DNA of 64,000 bases, from contig RHPI01001715.1 in assembly GCA_009103225.1 (NCBI GenBank), positions 454,099-518,098 of the forward strand, read 5' to 3'. Position numbers and translations under genes: made by a program. Below the pieces are notes generated by a model that was not told the origin of the DNA, made no database searches, and saw only the letters and a program-made list of their open reading frames with translations. Positions 47,622-60,000 of the stretch are shown in pieces (the first letter of the stretch is position 1; the number at the start of each line of letters is the position of its first letter). Source of the stretch: Chlorokybus atmophyticus (taxonomy: Eukaryota > Plantae > Mesostigma and Chlorokybus algae).

Positions 47622-50600
47622 CGATGGGACCCTTATTTCTAACTAAACAAGGGCGGGGAACCGCATAGCGGTAGCACTCTATTACAGCTGCTCTTTGGAA
47701 AAAGTAATTGCCAAAGAAAACGCATGTTCAATTGCACACTTCATCGCTAAAGGACGTGAATGTTCGGATAATCAGGCAGACATCGGCAGTCCCGTACGTA
47801 TGGATGCAATGCGCATTCACTTGTACAAGTTGTTAAACACTAACATACATACATAGTGAATGTATAAGATTTCGGGGGTCTCAAAATTACGGGTGTGTGG
47901 TAATGTAAAAAGTGGGTGGCTGGAGGTGCCCTCAGCATATGTACTGTTTTTGCAGTACGCTCGGTTGTTCGTTCGTTTGTTGAAAACACTGGCTCTTTCA
48001 CCTTCTCATACATCCTGATGCAAATACCATGGTAATAAGTACAAAAGCAGCGCCCAATGCTGTATATAACAATGTGAGCATGTGATGTGGATAAATGCCG
48101 CCATTAACAATAGTGTCAAACATATACTTGACATGTACAACCTCGGGCAGTACCCACAAATAATCCATAAACCTTAGTGTATAATGTATAAATCTCAAAA
48201 AGACGGCGATCTTGCCAATGGCGGCTTTCAACACCTGAGCCACCTGAGGTCATACGTTAACAAGTCATGGTTGGCAAGATATTTGCTTGCACTGTTGCCA
48301 TGTGATGCAACGGAACCAATACTTGATAATGCGTTGCGTGTGCAGCTGATCCTGAGCCATCTGCACCAACAAATTGGCATAAATAAATTGCAGCAATACA
48401 TGCAACAAATGTTTTGAGCACTCTGCTCGTTCCCTCTGATGTATTAACGGTAGTATCAGCCACCCATCTGTGCGTAACCAGTCTCTGTACGAGCGTCGCT
48501 TGCAATCAATTGCCATGCACTGCCTTCACATGGTATGACACATCTTATGCATCAACATGGCAACATAGTTAATAAGATTTGCATGTGCCAGAGTGGTATA
48601 CAATGTGGTGATATTAAACGTGCGCAATAACACAAACTCACGCTTATTTTTTGGGTCTGTGTGGTGTTGAGATTTGTTTGTAATCATTCAAGCTGTAATG
48701 ATTCTTATAAACCCAAGAGACACCTATACGCGGGTTTCGCACAAGCTTCATCCAAACAGATTACTGCAATAGTGCATGCCTCTTATGCATGTGTGAGCAA
48801 AATTAACGCAGCTACAATGTAGTGTTGTAAGCTGCCCTTATGTACTGTGAAGTTTAGTATACACTGGCGGTCATGTACAGATGCGGTGCACTGGGTAGTT
48901 ATACTGCTACTATTGGAAGCCGTATTACAGATTGAACTATGCATGGCCCATGTCAGTGCAAAAGTGATTGTAGGTTTGTAGTAGTACATTCCCACACGCA
49001 CACTAGCTTAGGATTATAGTTGCTGACAACTGCAGTTCAACTTTTTTATGACACGTATTGTCGTGTACACCACTGCACCTGCGACGTTGTCCGACAAATG
49101 TGCCCATGTGCTCGCGAGCGCCTTCCAAACATAGGAATCCTAAAGGGCAACTGTGCCTTCAGCGATTGAGGGGGCGATCAAGCAACAGTAGGCCGGTAGG
49201 CCTGCCCCCTAGAGTGCGCAAGCCTACGGCGGGCGCGCGCCCCTATTCATGTCTTACGACTGCTGTAGGCCGGCTATGGGTGGGGCCCTTCCCTACGGTT
49301 GCGGAGGCCCAGACAGTACATTGTGTACGGTAAAAGGTACTCATGAAAGGAAGCATCGTACTATTACACTGTTCTCCACATCATCATACACAGTACGTTA
49401 TGTACAGTACAGTACGTGCAAGTAATACATGTACACGACATGTACAGCACTTATCAGCTCTGCGCAACTGTATTGTACCAGTATCTCAATATTACAAGAG
49501 GTACTATCTAACGCCGTACATTTCTTCGACAACGACGCACGTCACGAGTATTACATAGTACATAGCTTGCCGTACCAGGCTAACGTCGTTGAGTTAACGA
49601 CACATTGACCACACGCTACATGCCAAAACGTGCTTGCAATGTATATAGCCGTACTACGGTGTATGTGCACATTTCGCCGTATATCGTACACCGTAGGTAC
49701 CGGCTAGCCTAAGCATAGCCGGGCACCTACTCTGGTTTCGAAAACTAGGTGCTAGGTAGCCCCTAACTTGGGAATATCCCGTTTTGGGGCTATAGCTGCC
49801 GGCCTAGCAGGTCTTTCCCGGTCAAATAATAGGGGTTGATTAGCCCTCGTCAAGACCTATCCAACGAACCCAAAACCTAGCCAAATGGCCAAGCAGGCCA
49901 GGAGTTATGCATTATTAGAGATGGATATTTTGGCGTGAAAACGGGGTAAATTTACCCAACATTTGTGATGTCATAACTTTCTCACATGAAGTCCAATTGC
50001 ATTTTTTGTTTATATGTCTAGTTTGTATCATTGTTGAGACCTTCTTTCCCAACTTTCATCCCATGCCGTACGAAAACGAGATTTCACGTAGAGAAGTGCT
50101 TTAGCATTTTTTAGTTAGTTTAGTTCTTAAGATAGGGATCAGGCAGTCGATTGGTAACACCCCTCGCCTTTGGCACGCTCTGTCTCACTTAATACTTATT
50201 AAAAAACTGTAAACAAATGAACATTGTGTTACAATGTATGTAGCTTATAATAACTTCGCTACAAACATTGTATACAGATGCTCGCCAAAAAAGCAACAAC
50301 GCCGCCGCGAAACCCTTAAACCCCCAAAACAGCCCAAAGCTAGAGCGATTTACCCTAACAGCAGTATTAAATGCCGCAAGTCCTACAATAATGCAACATG
50401 ACGCAGTCAGTCGTGTGGTTTATTATGCCAATTCAGCGCGTGCTTGGCTAGTGGGTACGTTATGCGCATTACAATTGACAATTGCAAGCTTCACAATTGC
50501 CAATTGTGAAGCTTAAGAAAGCCGGCAACGAACCTTGCAACCAACGTGATGGATGTTAGACTGGGCCGGCAGCTCAGTAAGAATATGCGATTGTATAGTG

Positions 50601-50820
50601 ATCACGCTGCAACCCTGCGATTGTGTATAATTACTATTCTTACGGACAATCTTCACGCTATACTGGTAGCTCTGAATGCACATGGCGACATTCATGCATA
50701 CGTCACGCACAGTTTGCATGACCGCACTGCGGTCACTGCCGCTGTGCGGTCATGCAATGCCTGGGTTTTTGCTAAGCTACATGAACTACATGCCACAGAG
50801 TGGCAATGCATGCAACATAA

Positions 50821-50874
<54 letters not shown>
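50821..50874. repeat. (CT)n microsatellite
   Basis: Near-pure CT run. Confidence 0.95.
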
Positions 50875-50876
<2 letters not shown>

Positions 50877-53800
50877 CATACGCATGCTAAGCGTGTAAGC
50901 ATGCAACAGACCATCTTATCTACATATGTCTGCAATGTGTCCATTGCCAAAACCTCAAGGTAGCAAAGACTACAACTAGCCATGTACATAAATATCAAGA
51001 TGTTTAGCAGCCATAGCTGCAGCATGCAATGTATCGCATCTTTAGTGAGATTCATACAAGGGAAGTCGCGTTCAATCTAGACATTGCCCACCGGTAAGAC
51101 TAACATCAGATGCATCACCATGGCCTGCTATGTCATGCAACCAACGACTAGTTCGTAAAGCATGATAAACAATACCCTTGTGTCGATGTATGAACAATCA
51201 TGCGTTCAACAGTGGCCACCATACACATCTTAAGCACCTCCCATTGCCGCTCCAACCTTTTAAAATCGAAAAAAGAACCCAAGAATTCAACATTGCAGCC
51301 GTTGGAGAGTTTTGCTGCTTGCATACACGCTCTCACTAAGGATGTCTCGCCATGATTATTGATTGAGCTGATCGGTTGATCATATGGCGTCAATTTAACC
51401 AAATGAGTTTAAGCATGTGTTTAAAGTACATGTGTTGATAACACATTATAACCATGTATGCTTTTGTGTACCATGCATAGCTACATCATGTATACTTGAT
51501 AGTTGCTTTTGCATACGCTAGCAAATTTGGCACACATAAGGTGATGAGCAATATTAAGCATAATTTTATCAACAAGAGCTTAAACCTTATTCCTTGAGGT
51601 TTTGTGTTGTGCGGCATAATCGCACAAATTAATGACGTTGTTATAAATTGAAAAAAAAGCCGTATATGAATGCAGATTGACAGCGAACGAATGGGTGCCG
51701 ATTTGTACTGGAAAATCATTGTATTTATTGCATATGTATGTACGTTACAACGAGTTTAGGCCCAATGGTGACAGTTGTCCAATACATTGAAAACATCTTG
51801 CATGCGCTCCGTCGGGCCCATGTATTTGGCCCATGCAATGACACTTTTCTTTAACGAAACAGACTCATAAAAGACGCATGTATAGGTTTTGCGGCACCCA
51901 CCTGTAATCCAAGTTGGGTACAACGATTGATTGTGCCATGAATATAATTAATTAAGGCATGGTCAATCCAAAAACTATACTTAGACGTTCAAGCAAGCGT
52001 TAACAGTAACCCCTTTAGGCGTATATATACTACCAAACCTAAGCTACATTATATGAGCGTAGCGTCATCAAACAGGTAATGCCAACATGCCACGCTACTA
52101 GCATCAAGTGTTGTCGCAGGACAAACAGTGACTTATTAGCGGGGTAGTCTGTGGCGATCCTCAGACTGCAAGTGCCATCAGCAACTCGTAAGTCGCTTAC
52201 CAGTAGGTGGTACCGCAGATTTGGGAATATATGCATGACTGCATAGGGCGCGCGTGGTTGAGTGACTGTCACTCAGTTACCCACAATCCATAATGCACGA
52301 GCATCGGAACAGGCAGTTCCCCCCAAAAGGTCGGTTTCGAAGGGTCAACTTGCCTTGGCATAGACGACGTCATTTCGCATGAGCTGGCGATGCGCTGCAT
52401 GATCGTGAGCAAAAGGGGTCAAGTCAGGCATGATCCGAAAATCGTCCTGGTTTCGGCGCAGGCTGAGGTTGATGCCTAACAAACCGGGCACTTAATGGCG
52501 CCCCCCTCCTGGTTGATTTGTCCGCTTAGTCCCGCCTGTGTCTAGCGTACCGTACTGTGTGTACCACACGCAGGCTGTGACTGCACGCGCATCGCTACAG
52601 GACCGCAACCGCAGTCCGTACACACAATCCGCTAAACGACAAAGTAACTGAGGGCAACGTAACTTGTTGGCGCCAGCGCGGCGCATATCGACACGCAAAA
52701 TAGCGACATTTGACTGTCTGGACAGGAGATGCATTCCGCTACCGAATCGCCAACTCTCACCATCCGGCAACTGTCAGTCCGTACGATGCGGGATTGATCG
52801 CATCCGTGGCTTGAAAGATTTGGCTTCTCCTCTTCCTCGACGGGACGCAGCACTGGCTCCAAGTCCGTCACCCCTCCCAGGAAACTTTTTCAGTGTCAAC
52901 GCAGCAGGCTGCCCCTGCAGAATGTAGCCTGCCTACATTCCAGTCGTGGACTTCGTCCAAACATTAACTGCACCGCGTCCAGCCGCTCCCCTAATCGAAT
53001 AGTTTCTTTTTTCAAAGGTTTCCGACCGTGCTGATGACCGCTGGCAAGTCCGACCCCTTCTCTGCCGGTCGATGACAGGCTCATTGTCCTGCGGCAACCG
53101 CCGCACCACAGATGTGACCTTGTAGCAAACCTGGGGTAGCGTCGGTCAAAGCACGAAAAGCGGCGGAATCTGAATGCTCTCGCGAAGGAGTACCGGTTTA
53201 CTTTTCGTTGCTGGGTTTTGCAACGTGCGGAACAATAAGAGAGAGCGAAAGCGCAAAATTGCTGGAAGGGAATTTGTTGCATGCTACTGTTGAGCACACC
53301 CCAGCGCTGGAAATTTGGTTCTAGGCAGCGGCGGTAGCAGCGGCGGCGGCGAAGGTGGCGGGACAGGGCGCGGCGACTAGACCCGCTGAGGACGCGGAGG
53401 AGGCGCGTGTGCATGCAAAGGCGGGGAGTATCTTGCCAGTAAGCAGCGGGGCAAGCAGGGCAGGCAGGCAGGCAGGCAGGTGGAGGACTGCTGTCACTCT
53501 TGGCAAGGCACATTGTCAGGACACTTGCTTGACTGCTTGGTCCGCCGGGGCGGGAGGCGGCGGTGGTGTTCTCCAGTGGTTGGTTGTCTTTGTTCCAAGC
53601 AGTGTTGTTACGGAAGCAGCGCTTTGAAGAGCGGGCGGCATTGCCAAGTGTGCCGCAGAGGCGGCACGTCAGTGTCGCTCGATCCTTCATTCTGCAAGTC
53701 AATCTGGCTTCAAGATACTGACACTGGCAATGGCGACGAGGGCAATGATAGCCACAGGCACCTTGACGACGACAACGATGACACGCCTTGTGACCATCCC

Positions 53801-54012
53801 CGGGGACGGCTGCGCCGCACCTCCGGGTGGCATCTACCCCACCTACGTCTAAGCTGCCTGTTAGTCAATCAGTCAGGCAGGCAGACGGGAGCAAGTTGCC
53901 TTTTGCACATACACATCTACACACATCTACCCTCTTTCTCTCTCTTCTATAGCCAGATAGCTCTGTACATCTCTCCTGCAACCCCCCATTCACTTCCTGG
54001 TGCATTACGGCA

Positions 54013-56200
54013 ATGGTGAAGATCGGCGGCGCCTCCCTCGAAGACCTCACAGCCTTCTTCCACCTGCCCATTGAAGTGGCAGCAGGCCAGCTTGGCGTGT
54101 GCTCGAGCGCATTGAAGCGGCGCTGTCGGCGCGTTGGCATCCATCGATGGCCCTACCGCAAGGTGCACATGCATGGGTGCATGTGGTCATTGCCTTATTG
54201 CTGCCGTGTCCACTGTCCATGCCTTGCACGCGTCTGGCTTGCATGCATGCTGTCGTGGTGATCGAGCCCAGCATTGCAAGCAATGCACTCTATTCAACAC
54301 CAAGCCTGTGCAGTGTGCTGTGATAGCACTGCTGTTGTCATTGACGAGACAAGACAAGACAAGTTGGTCTGTTGGATTGTCCAAGCAGTGCGTTTCGGAG
54401 AGGTCAGGCGTCTTACATTGTTGCATATCGCCGTGTGCAGGTCAGGAGTCTCAGCAGGTCACTGAGCAAAAGCATGGAGGAGTCCGGGTCCGCTTTTGCG
54501 GCAATTACATTTCCAGATTTGGGCGAGGTCAAGAAGAAAGGGGCGAATACAACTCCCCACCAAGGTCAACAGTCACAACAACAGAGTCAGAAAGTGCGGC
54601 ACACCCGCAGCGGTCCCACCCCGCCTGTGCAAGTGTCCATATCAGACTCTGATGACAATGAAGCAGAGGCTGATGAGTCCTTCTCAGCCAACAACGAGTG
54701 CACACATGAAAACCCCTGCATAACACGTATGTTCGCCCTCACCGTGTCTCGCGAAGCTCTGCTCACACACTGGACTATGTCATGACAGTGTGAAGTTGCA
54801 TAGGCTTTGGGCTAACAGGATTTGTGCGTATCGTAGCTGATGGCGCCCGGGCAAGACTGATGACATCAATACCGCCAACGCCATCTACTAGCAAGCTGGC
54901 TAATGGAGGGAGGTCAGTGAAGCATAATGTCGAGGGCAACGTGCAGCAGCGGGTCAACCCAAACAACAGCAACCATGACAACAACCTGACCGGCAACCCG
55001 TGGCTTGACGTTTCCGACATGCAGCTAACCAGGTGCTTTCACAGCATGCCTGCGCTCCCAACATTTCCACTGGATCACAACAACATGGCCTCTACAAGTC
55101 ACAGCATTGCCTCTATCAGCAACAACAGCCTGGCCCCCCGGCAAAGGTGCGGTGACACGTGGATGCACTTGCTCATACTGCAGCAGCATGCATGTTGTCC
55201 TGACTTGTCCTGATCACACACCTGTCTCTGTCAAGCAGCTACAACGGCTGGCCAATGGACGCTCAAGGTTCGAAACCCAACAACCCCATGAAGCCGACGC
55301 GCTCGTTCTCCGCATACTTCCCTTCGCAAGGGGGCAACTGGTGGCACGGCAGCGGTGGCGATGCCACGCATGAGCTCAACGACGGGATGCATTCAAGCGA
55401 CCATCTCACCATCATGATCCCTCAGAACGTGGTGCTCGCCGACCACCGCTTCCACTCTGCCCCCGCTGCGCTCGGGGGGGACACCCACCAGGAGAGGTTC
55501 TCCAGCCTCGACCCGTCCCCTGCAGGACACCTGAAACAACAACAACAACAACAGCAACACCACCACGGCAAGCATCCCCACGCTCTGTCCCACAGCCAGA
55601 GCATGCCTGCGCTGCTTGACCCATCCTACTTCACGCAGTACGAAAGGTGCGCTGCATGTCTATTGCTTGTTTCAATCCACGCACACGCCTGTTCGTTGGT
55701 TGACCCTCACAATCATGTGGCTATTGCAGTTACATGCAAGACACCCGCCCAGTTGCTGAGCATGACATGATGTCTTCACTCGCGGGGCTGCCAATGCCTT
55801 CATTCACAGGCAGCCGCAACCAGGTACATGGTGGTCGCTTTGTGTGTTGGTGAGTTGGAGTAAACGACAGTGGTGCTCACGTTGATAGTGTTGCTCACTT
55901 GCATGATGCGCGCGCAGGGTCAGATGAGGCCTTTCTCTGCCGGCAATGAGCAGCAGTGCCTTCCCGAAGAGCTGCAGCAGTCCGGCTTGTGCTACGACAC
56001 GTCCTTGTTTGGCCCCCCTAAGCAAGACCACGGCTTGTTAGAACTAGTGCAGATGGACTACTCCCACCTATTGGAGGTGGGTTTGACTCCAACATATCAA
56101 ACAGTTGGCACTGCATGCAATGCCTACAAAGTGTGCTAATTTTGGGCTGCTGTTCAGGGTTCACGACTGCCGCCATCCAACCCACAAGGGCCGTTCTAAA
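54013..56200 (+). CDS. RWP-RK domain transcription factor (about 7 coding exons; upstream exons possible)
   Basis: SLEDLTAFFHLPIEVAAGQLGVCSSALKRRCRRVGIHRWPYRK, intron, then VRSL. Subsequent GT-AG introns give a continuous Q/H/S/N-rich C-terminal frame ending GSRLPPSNPQGPF* at 56200. Confidence 0.92.
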
Positions 56201-57002
56201 TGACAGGCACTAATAACCAGGTAGACTTTAAGAGTTAGAGTTAAACCATTCAAGTGTTGCGCGGCTAGCGGCACAACCATAAATGTAAGTGGAGCGAAGC
56301 GCTTCCATTATGTAAAGAGAAGAATAGCCATGGCGGAATATCATCGTTGGCCAACGTTGGCAAATCCCCTTTTTGGACGGCCCCACGGAGGTGTGTTTAC
56401 TCCACTGCTGCGGCATATACATTACCTCGCCTCAACCGCAGCAGTCTAATGAAGTGCGCATGTGTTCCCGGGGCCACTATTAGTGTTGCAATTACTGCAG
56501 ACACAGTGACTTACGTAATAATGATGATTACTCCAGTCCAGTCAGATGATGACTGTTTTATAGCAGCGCATTTGTTGCCTATGCACCCTGTCAGGACCAT
56601 ACGACTGGTGCAATGGTACAATGTCTGCTGCATAAGGCATGTTAAACCATATGCATCTGAATGTCCTTGACGACTTGTGGTATATAAAAAAACTGCATTC
56701 AAGATTGCTTGCGCAGTTGTACAGAGCTGCCAACAAACATTTCTAATATAAATATTCTCAATCCTTCTCTAAATCGCAAGGCCCTTGTCTTTGGACACTA
56801 CATTGTACATACGCCAATTCGCGCTCCAGATTGTCGCCTCCAATCCTATACACACATCCTCGCTGCTAGCATAGCCGCCTCCAATGAAATGAAATCAGAT
56901 GCACACCCCAGCTTCACAATGCCTACTCTTAGTACCGTCGATGTTGTTGACATTGCCAACAAGGTGGTGGCAAGCTGTCGCGTGCGTCAATCGATCGATC
57001 AA

Positions 57003-60000
57003 TCAATTCAACCAATCTGGCAGGCTGCATCCGACTGCCAAAGACTGAATGCGTTGCTGCGCGGTGTCGGCGATATACAGCGCTGAATCGTCTGGTGACA
57101 AGGCAATGGCCGACACTTGACGAAAAGATGTTGTGTCGCCCTTGGCACAACCGTAGAACTGCTGGGTGCTTACAACATCTGCAGAGACAGCAACAAGTTG
57201 GCATCTCTGTCCTTTTAACTTTGCATTTGCCTCCAGTCCCATGTGTGCGTGGATGTGGGCATGCGTGCGTGTTTGTGTGTATACCTGTGCACGTGGGTGC
57301 GAGCGCACGTGCATGCAACTGAGCAACAGCAACTGCAACTTGATAGTCCACACCCACCTCCAATGCTGACAGTCTTGATGCAGTCATAACCACGCACAGA
57401 CACGAAGAGGGTCTTTGCATCCGTTGAAAGCGCCAATCCAACGGGGAACTTGTTGCCCTGGAACTTCTGCAGGGTGGTCACTTTGCCTGGCAACAACAAC
57501 AACAGGCCAGTTTAATGCCAAGTCCAGCACAATGAGACAATGACACAAGAATGCCCACGACAGAAAGCCTCAAACACACAATATGTACCTGACCACAACT
57601 CCACTTGGCGGACCTTCTTGTTGCCATAATCAGCCACATACAACACGTTCTTGGCGTTGTCCAACACTAAGCCACGCGGGTCACTGAACCGCGCAGCCAC
57701 GCCGTAGTTGTCGTTGTGTCCCGGCTTGGACGACCCCGCAAGCGTGCGCACAACACCTAGCCAAGTACACATGCACTGTGAGACAACAATGCTTGACGTT
57801 GTGTATCTGTCCACAACCAACAGCGTGTCCACGTACCTGATGACAACGAGACTTGCCGGATGCTGTGGGCCTGAGACACGTACAAGTACTTCCCGCGCGC
57901 ATCGACAGCGAGGGCACGCGGGTTCTGGAAGCGCGCTGTTGTGAGGGCATCGCCATCAACACTGCCAGGTTGTTTGGCAACACCAGCCACCGTCGATACC
58001 ATCCCTGCACGTAAGGGTTGTTGTTGTTGTTGTTGTGGTGGTGGTGGTGGTGTGCGTGTGCGTGTGTGTGTGCGTGCATTGTGTGTTCCACACACACCTG
58101 TTCGTGTGGACACGACGCGTATGACGTGGTTGAGCGAGTCTGCCACGTACAGCATCGTCTCCTGCGGCGACAGCGCGAGGCCGAGCGGGAGATAGAAGCG
58201 AGCCTGGCTCGACACGGCGTCCACGTACCCGGACTTGCTGCTGCCAGCAATGGTCACCGTAATGCCTGAGAGGAACACAATAGATGTCATGTCATGTTGA
58301 GTGGGAACTCCAACATGTGTGGGTGTGTGTGGGTCTGTGTTAGCTGCACCTGTGCGCAAGTCCACTCTACGAATCCTGTTGGAGTCTGTCAGAAACATTA
58401 GCTTGCGCTGCTTTGCCACAACAAGCCCCGACGGGTTGTTCAGCAGCGTTCGTGTGGGGCTGCCATTGGCACCTCCAACTTGTCCAAGCACACCTAAGCA
58501 ACGTATATACATGAGTGTGTTGTGTGCTTGTTCCCTCCAGCAGCAGCAGCAGATTGTTGTGGGCACGCTGTCGCACCTGTCAAGGTGGTGGCGGCGCCGG
58601 GCGCGTAGGTGCAGAGCTGAGTTATGGCCGAGCAGGTTGTTGGCGTGGCGTGTGACGGGTCCACGCAGCAGGTAAAGCCGAGGCAACCCGCCTCGCCACA
58701 CGTGTGTTCCGCGGTTGACATGCACGAAGCCTGCAAAAAATGACATACTTGAAATGGTGAGCAACACGTCAGACGTGCACACACAACAAGGCTAAAGCAC
58801 ATGCACACACACGTATGAACGTGGGAGGTGCATTGCCAGGCGCACATGTGTGTGCAGAAACACACACGCACACGCACACGCACACGCACACGCACACCCA
58901 CACGCTCACACACATGCGCGCACACATACACACACACACGCGCGCGCGCGCAAAATATATACATGCAGATACACACGCGCGCACACGCACGCACGTGCGG
59001 ACATGTACCTGGCAACAGTCTCCGTGATCCCAACCGCAGGCTGCAGTGTTATATGGGGCCGGATCGCACGAGCCATCACCAAGCTTGGAGGCATCATCCA
59101 CTTGACAATCTGTTGTTGTGACGTGTGTAATCGGCAGGGTGAGAGTTGGCCAACCGTGTCTGCGCACACACACCAGTCTCAATGAACCCACACGCACCCG
59201 CCATTGCCGACGGGTCCACGCAGCACTGGAAGTTGTCGCATCCCTGATCGTTGGTGCTCCCGCATATGTTGGGATCCATGCAAGTTGTCCTGCAGCAGTC
59301 CCCGCCGTCGTACCCGCACGCCGCTGTGTTGTACGCTAGGTCGCACACGCCGTTGTTGAGGGGTTGATAGCCGGGACCAGTCGGACAAGCAGCTGACGGG
59401 GGAGATGTGAGTGAGACTAACGTAGTGAGGGGATGTGGTGTGATTGTTGGGTTGGGACGCACCTTTGCTCGTGCGGTGTAGTGGGGATGTGGGTGGCGAG
59501 GGAGGCGTGGTGCTGGCGGCGGGATCAAGACACTGCCACACGGTGTAGATCGGGCCCTCGGTTTGTTGAGACCTGGTGTGGTGGCATGTGAGCAAACATC
59601 ACAATTGAAATCTGCACACATGGGCACGTCCACGTGCTCACGCCCGTGCGTTGGTGCACACACACGCTGACAAACACACGCGCACTCATGCCCACACGCG
59701 CGCGCGCACGCACACACATGCAAGTTGTCCAAGCGTTGCCAAAGACACGCTTGAATGCTGGACATGGTTGGGGTGAAGAGTCTCACCTCACGCCGCAGGT
59801 GGATGTGCCCGACACGCACGTGGAGGGGCAGCAGTCTCCTCCGTCCCAGTTGCACGCGGCGGTGTTGTACATGAGCAGGTCCCCGCTGTCGCTCACCGTA
59901 TCAAAGTCGCACCAACCGTCGCCCACCCACTCCGGCTTAGGCACTTTGCACTCTGCACAGGCGTTGAACGGGTTGATGTTTCCGCTCACTTACAGCGTGT

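Noticed and set aside
54013-54161. Assigning a gene symbol (MID, RKD, NLP/NIT2)
   Set aside because: The domain alone does not discriminate subfamilies without a phylogeny.
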